Positions 18,530 to 26,627 of a stretch of 64,000 nucleotides of DNA are shown here, one piece after another. Every line of letters starts with the position of its first letter. The first letter of the stretch is position 1. The stretch lies in assembly GCA_051531975.1 (NCBI GenBank), contig JAOPTT010000004.1, forward strand, positions 32,001-96,000, read 5' to 3'. Source of the stretch: Spirochaetaceae bacterium (GTDB lineage: Bacteria; Spirochaetota; Spirochaetia; DSM-2461). The translations under genes were made by a program, and so were the position numbers. The notes beneath the pieces were generated by a model. It was not told the DNA's origin. It made no database searches and saw only the letters and a list, made by a program, of their open reading frames with translations.

Positions 18530-19243
18530 TTAATTTTTTGTCCTTACATATATATGAGAATTTGAGGAACCATCATTAAATTGTTCTAATTTTATCTCAA
18601 TATAACTCAATGACATTATTAGTTTACTTAGTTTTGTAAAACCATAATTTCTTGGATCGAAAGAGGGATTGTTTTTATTTATGTATCCACCAACACCTGC
18701 TAATGTTGCCCATCCATCCTCTTTTGAAACAGCCTCAACGGCATGCTCGACAATTTCTCTATTTATATTATTTAGGTTCTTCTTGTTATTCTTGACATCT
18801 TTTTTCCTAAGTATTTCTGTATAAACAAATTTATCACATGCTGATACAAATGGTTCAGGTGTCTTCTCTTCACCAAATCCAAATACTGTTAGTCCTGATT
18901 CTCTAATTCTAGTGGCCAATCTAGTAAAGTCACTATCGGATGAGACCAGACAGAAGCCATCTAGCCTGCCTTCGTGTAATAGATCCATAGCGTCAATAAT
19001 TAAAGATGAATCAGTTGAGTTTTTACCTTGAGTATAACTAAACTGCTGAATTGGTTGTATCGCATGTTTTAGAAGGTGGCTTTTCCAACCTTTTAAGTTT
19101 GTAGTAGTCCAGTCCCCATATGCTCTTTTAACACTTGCTATACCAAATTTAGCAATTTCCCCAAGTAGTTCTGCACAAATTGAAGCTTGCGCATTATCAG
19201 CATCAATTAGTACTGCAAGTTTAAGTGTATCATTTTCTGACAT
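18530..19243 (-). CDS. NYN (LabA/DUF88 PIN-like) domain protein with C-terminal OST-HTH/LOTUS domain
   Basis: LAVLIDADN, RAYGDW, GKNSTD..LIIDAMD, LVSSDSDFT; C-terminal FDPRNYGFTKLSKL. Confidence 0.9.
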   Translation of the reverse strand: MSENDTLKLAVLIDADNAQASICAELLGEIAKFGIASVKRAYGDWTTTNLKGWKSHLLKHAIQPIQQFSYTQGKNSTDSSLIIDAMDLLHEGRLDGFCLVSSDSDFTRLATRIRESGLTVFGFGEEKTPEPFVSACDKFVYTEILRKKDVKNNKKNLNNINREIVEHAVEAVSKEDGWATLAGVGGYINKNNPSFDPRNYGFTKLSKLIMSLSYIEIKLEQFNDGSSNSHIYVRTKN

Positions 19244-19373
19244 TTTTTATACCTTTTTAGTTATTTGTGTTCCATTGTTACACATATAATACTCTGTTTT
19301 TTATCAATTGTATACTTTTGACTCAACCATCAAATAAACGGAGTTCTAAGTAGGTTAATACCTGTTTAAAACT

Positions 19374-19389
19374 TGGCATGTCATTTGCA
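19374..19389 (+). promoter_or_regulatory. sigma54 -24/-12 promoter of hsp20
   Basis: TGGCATG-TCAT-TTGCA matches the TGGCACG-N4-TTGCW consensus with correct spacing. Confidence 0.8.
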
Positions 19390-19425
19390 ATACTAGTAGT
19401 GAAAAGAAAATTTATGGAGGGTCAA

Positions 19426-19836
19426 ATGATGACACTAAGATACAGAGATGAAGTAATGGATAATGTTTGGAATAACTATTTTAATGGTGAAAGAGTGGAG
19501 AGATTTTCCCCAGTTTACGATGTTATAGAGACTGATAAAGAGTACGTTCTGAAGTTTGAATTACCAGGAGTAGAAGAGGATTTAGTAGATGTTGAAGTTA
19601 AAGACAGAGAGCTAAAATTAGAAGTTAAACCAGAAGATATTAAAGAGACTAAAGATGATGAAAAAAATAGATTTTTAGTTAAAAGTAGACGTAACAAATC
19701 TTTCACTAAAAATTTTAAGTTACCAGAAGATGTTGACCCAGATACAGTTAAAGCGTCAATGAAAAATGGTATACTTACTCTTCTTATAGATAAAAAAGAG
19801 CAAGTTATTCCTAAAAAAATAGTTGTAAATGGTTAA
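19426..19836 (+). CDS. Hsp20/alpha-crystallin small heat-shock protein
   Basis: [47 protein letters not shown] places the start at 19426 or 19429. Confidence 0.92.
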   Translation: MMTLRYRDEVMDNVWNNYFNGERVERFSPVYDVIETDKEYVLKFELPGVEEDLVDVEVKDRELKLEVKPEDIKETKDDEKNRFLVKSRRNKSFTKNFKLPEDVDPDTVKASMKNGILTLLIDKKEQVIPKKIVVNG

Positions 19837-19845
19837 AACAAATAT

Positions 19846-19871
19846 AATATGGTGCTATTAAGCACTGTATT
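19846..19871. terminator. Hairpin between convergent hsp20 and lipoprotein 1
   Basis: AATATGGTGCT-ATTA-AGCACTGTATT. Confidence 0.6.
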
Positions 19872-20256
19872 AAAATAGTGCATCTTCAGGATAATAGATC
19901 GAATCATAACTAGTATATGTATCTACATCTATTTTATATACGTCTGAAGAATCAAAAGCAACAATTACAAAATCAGTTCCTGAGTAATCAGTAAGGTCAA
20001 TAGTTACATATGAATTATTATACAAGGAAGAAGAACCAAGAACATTCGTATAATTAGTATTGTAGTAGCTGTAATATGTTGACCATGAAGAACTTAGTGC
20101 TACATAATCATCTGCTGGAACTACGTATAAGTAATAAATAGTATAACCAGTCTCATTTGTAATCTCCAATGTGTAATCTTCGATAAGGGTTAAGTCACAT
20201 GAAGCAAAAAATGCCATTACTGCTAAAATTGTTAAAAATTTAAATAGTTTATTCAT
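19870..20256 (-). CDS. Small acidic Tyr-rich lipoprotein, paralog 1
   Basis: MNKLFKFLTILAVMAFFASC lipobox; aligns with the ORFs at 20697 and 21191. AAGGA RBS favours start 20256. Confidence 0.8.
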   Translation of the reverse strand: MNKLFKFLTILAVMAFFASCDLTLIEDYTLEITNETGYTIYYLYVVPADDYVALSSSWSTYYSYYNTNYTNVLGSSSLYNNSYVTIDLTDYSGTDFVIVAFDSSDVYKIDVDTYTSYDSIYYPEDALF

Positions 20257-20292
20257 TTTACATTCCTTCAATCTTTTTTTGGTGTATTTATA

Positions 20293-20321
20293 AGTTTATT
20301 TCATAAATAACTGGTTGTCTA
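20293..20321 (-). promoter_or_regulatory. sigma70 promoter of lipoprotein 1
   Basis: TAGACA-N17-TAAACT; both boxes are identical upstream of paralog 2 while the spacer differs. Confidence 0.7.
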
Positions 20322-20382
20322 TAATTCATAATAGCTTTATAGCATTCTTCTTGAATTCTTTTATCTGTTTAAAATATGGTAC

Positions 20383-20666
20383 ATGTTTTGTAATAACTAT
20401 TTCAATGATACAAGAGTGGAGAAGTCCTCCTCGATTTACGAAATTATAGAGACAGATAAAGAGTATATTAAAGAGACTAAAGAAGATGAAAAAAATAGAT
20501 TCTTAGTTAAAAGTAGACAAACAAGACTTTTTCTAAAAGTTTTAAATTACCAGAAGATGTTGATTCTGATACAGTAAAAGCAGAAATAAAAAATGGTAAA
20601 CTTACTCTTTTAATTGATAAAAAAGAGCAAGTCGTTCCTAAAAAAATAGTTGTTAATGGTAAATAG
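20383..20666 (+). pseudogene. Degenerate duplicate of hsp20
   Basis: Aligns to 19426-19836. RBS/start region missing, 31-codon in-frame deletion, 1-nt frameshift near 20519; the other frame continues [39 protein letters not shown]. Confidence 0.9.
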
Positions 20667-20671
20667 TTTAA

Positions 20672-20691
20672 AGGGTGCTTTATAGCACCCT
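20672..20691. terminator. Hairpin between the hsp20 pseudogene and lipoprotein 2
   Basis: AGGGTGCT-TTAT-AGCACCCT; homologous to the 19846 hairpin. Confidence 0.7.
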
Positions 20692-20696
20692 ATTTA

Positions 20697-21092
20697 TTAG
20701 AATAATGTATCATCAGGATAATTGATAGAATCTGAACTAATAGAAGTATCTATTTCTATTGTATATACATCTGAAAAATCAAAAGCTACAATAACAAAAT
20801 CAGTAGTACCTGGGTAGTCTGTATAGTCTATTTCAACCCAACTATTAGGAGTTAACGTATATCCACCAAGAACATCAGTAAATACTGCACTATAGTAAGT
20901 ATTATATGTTGAGTATGAAGTTAGTATTTCATATTCATCTGCAGGAACTACGTATAAAGAAGTAATATTATATATTGTTCCATTTGTAATTGTCACTGAA
21001 TCATATAAAGTAACTTCTGGAATGATTAATGTACATCCAGTAAAAAAAGCCATTACAGCTAAAACTGTTAATAATTTAAATAGTTTATTCAT
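20697..21092 (-). CDS. Small acidic Tyr-rich lipoprotein, paralog 2
   Basis: MNKLFKLLTVLAVMAFFTGC lipobox; LYVVPAD, DVLG, FVIVAFD, DVY shared with paralogs. Confidence 0.8.
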   Translation of the reverse strand: MNKLFKLLTVLAVMAFFTGCTLIIPEVTLYDSVTITNGTIYNITSLYVVPADEYEILTSYSTYNTYYSAVFTDVLGGYTLTPNSWVEIDYTDYPGTTDFVIVAFDFSDVYTIEIDTSISSDSINYPDDTLF

Positions 21093-21123
21093 TTTATTTT
21101 CCTTTTGTCTTTTATTTAATATA

Positions 21124-21152
21124 AGTTTAGAACATAAACAACAACTTGTCTA
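21124..21152 (-). promoter_or_regulatory. sigma70 promoter of lipoprotein 2
   Basis: TAGACA-N17-TAAACT. Confidence 0.7.
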
Positions 21153-21190
21153 TATTCATTAATTTGTGTAAACATTCTTATTTAGCTATT

Positions 21191-21601
21191 TTAATATATT
21201 GCATCTTCGATATCCAAAGTTGTAGCACTCATACTTGTAGTTATATTTACTTTGTATACATCGGCATTAACATAGGCATCATCATCAAAAGCCACAATTA
21301 CAAATCTAGTTCCAGTGTAGTTATCAAGATCGATTGAAACCGAATCATTATTCAGGAATATTGTTGCTCCTAAAGCATCATCGTATCTATCACTATAATA
21401 ACTATAATAATTATTCCAAGTCTCATTAGTTAAATATTCAAAATCACTCTCAGGAACAATATACAAGTATTCTATAGTATAACCGGTACTATTTGTAATT
21501 GTTAATATGTTATCATCGATATCATCTAGTGGTATAATTATACATCCAGTAAAAAAAGCAAACATTACTAAAGCCGTTATTAATTTAACTGTTTTTTTCA
21601 T
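21191..21601 (-). CDS. Small acidic Tyr-rich lipoprotein, paralog 3
   Basis: MKKTVKLITALVMFAFFTGC lipobox; ITNSTGYTIEYLYIVP, DALG, FVIVAFD, DVY. Confidence 0.8.
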   Translation of the reverse strand: MKKTVKLITALVMFAFFTGCIIIPLDDIDDNILTITNSTGYTIEYLYIVPESDFEYLTNETWNNYYSYYSDRYDDALGATIFLNNDSVSIDLDNYTGTRFVIVAFDDDAYVNADVYKVNITTSMSATTLDIEDAIY

Positions 21602-21650
21602 TTTAAATCTCCAATGTTGAAAAATTTAAAAGTTATTAACATCTAGATGT

Positions 21651-22448
21651 TTATAACTCTTCAACCTCTTCAACACTTTCTGATTCAACTCTGTTACCTT
21701 TTTTGACTATATTCATATATTTTGAAAGGATATGTACAAATTCAATATTAAAATCTAACTTCACAGTATATTTTTTAGCATCAATTTCTACTATCTCTCC
21801 AGAGAGTTTTATAGGTCTATTATTAAATCTTATTACAAACTGATATTTGGTATTTACTTCTATTTCGGTATTTGGCTGGAATACTATTATTTTAAAACCA
21901 GATACTGATAAATCAGCTAGTTTCCCATAACAGATAAGCTTATTACTTTTTAGTATTTCTGTAGAAAAAATGGGAGCCTTTCTAATGCCTTCAATTTGGT
22001 CATCTGACAGTTTATTATCAAATATTTTTTTGTATATGGCTGATATCTGGCATAAATATAAAAATATCTCTTTATAAGCATCGGACATATTAATAAGTGT
22101 AAAGTCTATAATGTATACATTTTCTCTCATGGTTTTTAGACTTTCAAATTTTCCTTTTAGAAAGAATGCAACTGGTTTATCAAAATATGTTTCATCAAAT
22201 GCTAGGTTTAGAGCAATAGTTTTTTGTTCAAATGCTTTAAAGTACTCTACTTCGCTTGGGTTTAAGAAAAGAAGAAATTTACACTCTTTTAAAGAAAATG
22301 TTCCAGGTGTGCAATGTAATAAGTGAGTATCAATTTTAAGTCTAGTTTCTTGTGCGTTATATCCTGAAATTCTCAACAAAAAAGGTTCTAGTTTTAATGT
22401 ATGGTTAGCATATAATTCTGATAGTTTACTCTTCTGGTACTCTAACAC
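21651..22448 (-). CDS. Tandem PilZ-fold protein, PlzA-like
   Basis: C-terminal DLSVSG (DxSxxG) and PilZ-like strands; beta-rich N-terminal half. AGGAG favours GTG 22448. Confidence 0.55.
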   Translation of the reverse strand: MLEYQKSKLSELYANHTLKLEPFLLRISGYNAQETRLKIDTHLLHCTPGTFSLKECKFLLFLNPSEVEYFKAFEQKTIALNLAFDETYFDKPVAFFLKGKFESLKTMRENVYIIDFTLINMSDAYKEIFLYLCQISAIYKKIFDNKLSDDQIEGIRKAPIFSTEILKSNKLICYGKLADLSVSGFKIIVFQPNTEIEVNTKYQFVIRFNNRPIKLSGEIVEIDAKKYTVKLDFNIEFVHILSKYMNIVKKGNRVESESVEEVEEL

Positions 22449-22521
22449 TGATACTCCTCTAGAGATAATTATATCGCAAACATCCTTGTCCCACAAGAAT
22501 TATCTGTTATAGAATAGTTTT

Positions 22522-23193
22522 ATGATACTAGAAGTAGATATATCAAAACCAATCGAAGACTATTTAGAGAGTTTAGGTTATAAAGTTCGGAGTGAAGTTA
22601 AGGGTTGTGATATTACTGCGCTTAAAGGTGAAGAGTTACTTGTAATTGAGTGTAAAAAGACATTATCACTGAAATTAATTTACCAAGGTGTTGATCGGCA
22701 GGAGTTTTGTGACAATGTTTATTTAGCATTACCAATAATCGATGGCAAAAAAATCCCAAATAGAAAACATTTTATGAAGTTATTAAAGAGATTAGAGTTA
22801 GGATTGATAACTGTAACATTTCTTAAAACAAAAACAAGAGTTGATATCGTTTTAGATCCTAAAGAGAATAAAAAAAGAGTAAGGCATAAAAAGAGAGTCT
22901 CAGTTCTAAATGAAATATCAGAACGAAGTGGTAACTACAATAAAGGTGGATCAGTTAGAAGTAAGTTAATGACTGCATATAAAGAGAGAGCTATCGAAAT
23001 TGCAAAGTTATTGAATTTACATGGAGCTTTAAGCTGTTCCGAGCTAAAAAAATTAGGAACAGGTTCTAAAACCTATTCTATAATATATAAAAACTTTTAT
23101 GGTTGGTTTTTTAAAGATACTGGGTATGGTAAATATGGTTTAACAGAGAAAGGGAAACATGCCATTGGTCAGTTTAAGATATTAGATAGCTGA
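22522..23193 (+). CDS. DUF2161 family putative PD-(D/E)xK protein
   Basis: GYKVRSEVKGCDI..LLVIECK..LIYQGVDRQ, LKRLELGL, MTAYKERA, NFYGWF. Confidence 0.8.
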   Translation: MILEVDISKPIEDYLESLGYKVRSEVKGCDITALKGEELLVIECKKTLSLKLIYQGVDRQEFCDNVYLALPIIDGKKIPNRKHFMKLLKRLELGLITVTFLKTKTRVDIVLDPKENKKRVRHKKRVSVLNEISERSGNYNKGGSVRSKLMTAYKERAIEIAKLLNLHGALSCSELKKLGTGSKTYSIIYKNFYGWFFKDTGYGKYGLTEKGKHAIGQFKILDS

Positions 23194-23229
23194 CTAAGAA
23201 TTTTTGTAATAACTAGAAATAGATATTAA

Positions 23230-23263
23230 GCCTAATATAAAATCATTAATAGATATATTAGGC
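23230..23263. terminator. Inverted repeat between convergent genes
   Basis: GCCTAATATA (23230-39) / TATATTAGGC (23254-63). Confidence 0.5.
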
Positions 23264-23269
23264 CAATAC

Positions 23270-23632
23270 TTATAACATTAAAAGTTTACTGATTTTTTCT
23301 TTAGTCCCAGCATTATGTACAGAGGTATAACCTTCTGATTTTAGAGTACTACATGCCGCACTTGATCTCATTCCACTTGCACAAAATAGAATTAAAGGTG
23401 TCTCTTTAGATATCTTATTTTTTTTCAGACCAGAAGATATTTTATCATGGGGTATATTTATTGCTTTTTTAACACTCCCACCTTTAAATTCTGCTTGTGA
23501 TCTCACATCGATAAATTTAGCCCCTTTCTCAACTAGTTCGGCTACTTCAGAGCTTTTTAAACCACTTTTATTCATTAAAACTCTTACAATTACAAATAAA
23601 ACAGGAATTATTATTAGTATTGGATTCATCAA
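23270..23632 (-). CDS. Membrane-anchored rhodanese-like protein
   Basis: N-terminal TM, IDVRSQAEF, AINIP, active loop CASGMRS. Confidence 0.9.
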   Translation of the reverse strand: MMNPILIIIPVLFVIVRVLMNKSGLKSSEVAELVEKGAKFIDVRSQAEFKGGSVKKAINIPHDKISSGLKKNKISKETPLILFCASGMRSSAACSTLKSEGYTSVHNAGTKEKISKLLML

Positions 23633-23745
23633 ATCTCCTTTGGTTTTTCTATATATGCTTTATGCTATATTTGTTTCTTAGTTAAATCAAGGTAAAAGAT
23701 TGTAAAATAGTTGTTAAAAGAGGAAAAACAACCTAAAGTAATTTT

Positions 23746-24303
23746 ATGTTACTTTTTATTATTGCAGCAGTTGCTTATATTGGTATTTTTATTTTTGTAG
23801 CTCAAACAAATGCACCAGAAGAATACAGTTCAAGAATTAACACAATTAATGAACTGGGATGTCAAACCTATGAAAATAGAAATATTATGCAGTGGGGATT
23901 TAAAGGTTTTGGAGTAATAATTATAGTTGGAGTTTTATATGACTCTTCTACATCTTTAGCACAGTTATACTATTCAATTCCACTTTTTGCATATGGCTTA
24001 TTTATGTTTTTATCAGGAGTCTTTTCAACAAAGCCTTTTGAGCATCTAGTATTCTACTCTGTTAAAGAAAATAAAATACATACTCTTTTTTCTCAGTTAG
24101 CTGGGCTTTCCATAGCTCTTTTAGTTGTTATGAAGTTAGTTATGATCACAGGGGCAATAAATAGAGTTGTAAATATTTCTACTTTAGTTTTTGTCTTATA
24201 TACATCGGCTCAGGTTGGACGGAGTAAAGAATTTCGTGGAATATATCAGAGAGTAATGTATTTAGGTTGTTTTTTATGGTTGATATATGGAGTGAGTTTA
24301 TGA
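23746..24303 (+). CDS. Integral membrane protein, DUF998-like
   Basis: Multiple TM segments; Y....TINELG, H..FS, GIYQR pattern. Confidence 0.6.
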   Translation: MLLFIIAAVAYIGIFIFVAQTNAPEEYSSRINTINELGCQTYENRNIMQWGFKGFGVIIIVGVLYDSSTSLAQLYYSIPLFAYGLFMFLSGVFSTKPFEHLVFYSVKENKIHTLFSQLAGLSIALLVVMKLVMITGAINRVVNISTLVFVLYTSAQVGRSKEFRGIYQRVMYLGCFLWLIYGVSL

Positions 24304-24782
24304 AAAAAATAATGTTAATTGTTATTATGTTTATTGGGTTTTCTCTTTATGCAGACAACAATATCTCTATATCGGTAAAGTCTAATAAAGTAACAGGAAC
24401 AATAAATCTTAATCCTTCGGAATATATAATTTTAAACGAACAGTTTCTATTTCTAATAATTGAATCTGAGGAATATGAATTGAATTTTAGTGGGTATCCT
24501 GATGGGGAATTACATGATGATGGTGATATCTATTATTCAGACAAAGTTATATTACAAGGGGATTTGGTTTTAAAAGACGGAATAGAACCTGGCGATTATA
24601 AAATAAATGTAATTTTAGGGTATCAAAGTTGTGATATAGATGGGTTATGTAATATTCCTGTTGAAGTCTCTGAAGAGATCTTAGTTAAAAAATCGTATGG
24701 GTTCAGCCCAATATTACCTATACTAATATTAGTAATTTTTTCTTTTATGTTATTATTAATAGTAAAAAGAAAAAAATCTTGA
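24300..24782 (+). CDS. Secreted DsbD N-terminal (alpha) domain-like protein with C-terminal membrane anchor
   Basis: Signal peptide; YQSCDIDGLCNIP resembles DsbD-alpha YQGCxxxxxCYPP; C-terminal TM plus basic tail. ATGA overlap start at 24300. Confidence 0.6.
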   Translation: MKKIMLIVIMFIGFSLYADNNISISVKSNKVTGTINLNPSEYIILNEQFLFLIIESEEYELNFSGYPDGELHDDGDIYYSDKVILQGDLVLKDGIEPGDYKINVILGYQSCDIDGLCNIPVEVSEEILVKKSYGFSPILPILILVIFSFMLLLIVKRKKS

Positions 24783-25774
24783 ATAAGGAAGATGCTATCA
24801 CAGTTGATCTAACTGCTGTGATCATACGAGTAAAAGAGTCAGAACCCCAGGTGATGACTGTTCAGGAACCTCTTTCATTACCTAGTGGAGCCTTTTCTCC
24901 TGATATTCATAGAACTTTAGAGCTTGGTTTAAGAGCATGGGTAAAAGAACAAACAGGACAACAACTAGATTATGTCGAACAGTTATATACCTATGGGAAT
25001 TGGAATAGAAACTCAGAAAGTCGCCATGGAAGTAGAAATGTAACTGTTGGTTATTATGCGCTAATTCCTTATGTCAAAACTGATACATCACTACCTGGCC
25101 GATGGGTTAACCTATACTCTTTTTTCCCATGGGAGGACTTTAGGTCTGGAGTTCCAGATATTGTATCAAAAGTAATAAAACCATCCTTAGAGCATTGGAT
25201 TCAAGAAGCGAGGGAGGATATTGAAAAAAATCAGCGACTTTTACGAGTTAGGGAAAACTTTGGTGATTTTTTGACTTGGGATATGAGTAAAGTTCTATTT
25301 AGATACGAAGTTTTATATGAAGCAGGACTTGTTTTAGAGGCACATAGAGATTGGGATGATTGGGCTAAAGATGCTGTTTATAGACTTCCTATCAGAACTA
25401 ATAATATAGAAGATAAAAATTACAGAGAACTTTCAAATGGCCTTGGAACATGTATGGAAGGGGATCATAGGCGTATTTTAGCTTCAACTACTGCTAGGCT
25501 CAGAGGTAAATTACCCTATAGACCAATAGTTTTTAAGCTTTTACCTAAACATTTCACACTATTAACAATTCAAAAATATTACGAAGGGCTAATAGGATTA
25601 TTACTACATAAACAAAATTTTAGAAGATACTTAAAACAGGGAAATTTTGTAATGGAAACAGGAGACGTTGATTCTACTGGACCTGGTAGACCAGCAGCTC
25701 TATATACATTTAGAAGTGGTGTTAAAGCTGAAATGATAAATGTAGGAGTTAATTTACCTTTCCAGAGAACGTAA
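24779..25774 (+). CDS. nadQ: NadQ-type (NrtR-related Nudix + wHTH) NAD biosynthesis regulator
   Basis: HRTLELGLRAWVKEQT..YVEQLYTYG, DHRRILA, RLRGKLPYRP, FTL..Q, LHKQNFRR, GRPAALY; nadABC and a matching palindrome lie nearby. Confidence 0.8.
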   Translation: MNKEDAITVDLTAVIIRVKESEPQVMTVQEPLSLPSGAFSPDIHRTLELGLRAWVKEQTGQQLDYVEQLYTYGNWNRNSESRHGSRNVTVGYYALIPYVKTDTSLPGRWVNLYSFFPWEDFRSGVPDIVSKVIKPSLEHWIQEAREDIEKNQRLLRVRENFGDFLTWDMSKVLFRYEVLYEAGLVLEAHRDWDDWAKDAVYRLPIRTNNIEDKNYRELSNGLGTCMEGDHRRILASTTARLRGKLPYRPIVFKLLPKHFTLLTIQKYYEGLIGLLLHKQNFRRYLKQGNFVMETGDVDSTGPGRPAALYTFRSGVKAEMINVGVNLPFQRT

Positions 25775-26470
25775 TTTTTTAGTTAAATTCTGGTTTTGTG
25801 GAAATAGTTTCAAAACTTTTTTTATAGATTCAATTGATTTATCCTTTTTTTTATTCTTTTCATAAGCATCACTTAAAGAATTATATATAAAAAACAAATC
25901 TTCTTTATTAATATCATTTCTTTTAGTTAATTCCTCTAATGTTTTAATTCCTTCTTTAATATCTCCACCAAATAGTGCTGGTGCATTTATTAAACCCTGG
26001 GCTACGATTAGTGCAGCTCTTGCATTTCTAGGATTTAAATCTAAAGCATTTTGAGCGCTTTTATTTACCTTTCCAGAATTTTTTATTATATAAGTAACAC
26101 CTTTTTGTAGCATTATATAACTTCCTATTTCTGCATTTACCCTCCAGTTTTCAGAGGTTTGTTTCTTGTTTAGGGCTAGTTCTGAGTACTCTTGTCCTTT
26201 GGCTAAAGCTTTTAGTGATAATTTTTTATTTCCTGCTTGAAAATAACCTAAACCAATATATAGCTTTGATATACTTTTTCCTGAATTATCATCAAAGTCG
26301 ATGTTTTTTTCTAAGTTTTCGATCTCACTAATAAAATCTAAATCAGTAATATTACTGCTTAACCACTTATCAACTATTGGTGATGTTTTGTCTAAAAAAC
26401 TTTCTGATGGAAAAACTTCAAATAGAGTTATTGTTAAAATTGATAATAAAATTAAAATCTTTTTAATCAT
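25754..26470 (-). CDS. Secreted TPR-repeat protein
   Basis: Signal peptide, helical repeats, ALDLNPRN, APALFGGD. Confidence 0.7.
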   Translation of the reverse strand: MIKKILILLSILTITLFEVFPSESFLDKTSPIVDKWLSSNITDLDFISEIENLEKNIDFDDNSGKSISKLYIGLGYFQAGNKKLSLKALAKGQEYSELALNKKQTSENWRVNAEIGSYIMLQKGVTYIIKNSGKVNKSAQNALDLNPRNARAALIVAQGLINAPALFGGDIKEGIKTLEELTKRNDINKEDLFFIYNSLSDAYEKNKKKDKSIESIKKVLKLFPQNQNLTKKLRSLER

Positions 26471-26593
26471 TTTCACCTCATGCTAAATATAAAATCACTT
26501 TAATAATCATTACTATGTTAAAACAAATGTATCACAATCTATTGACTTTTTTTAGCATCGGGAGGAATATTCAGATAAGACGTTATAGAATAG

Positions 26594-26614
26594 TTATGCT
26601 CATAATGAGCATTA
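26594..26614. promoter_or_regulatory. NadQ operator upstream of nadA
   Basis: ttATGCTCA-TAA-TGAGCATta, perfect 7-3-7 palindrome next to the RBS; fits the NadQ consensus ATRCTCA-N3-TGAGYAT as I recall it. Confidence 0.8.
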
Positions 26615-26627
26615 ATGAGGAGTCGTC

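Noticed and set aside
20383..20577. 64-aa ORF as a real small protein
   Set aside because: It is the frameshifted remnant of the duplicated hsp20; its ATG lies in the decayed promoter and has no RBS.
19870..21601. Diversity-generating retroelement acting on the lipoproteins
   Set aside because: No reverse transcriptase and no near-identical TR/VR pair in the window; differences include indels and are spread along the genes.
22522..23193. DUF2161 nuclease-fold gene as a restriction or defence system
   Set aside because: Solitary, with no methyltransferase or other defence partner adjacent.
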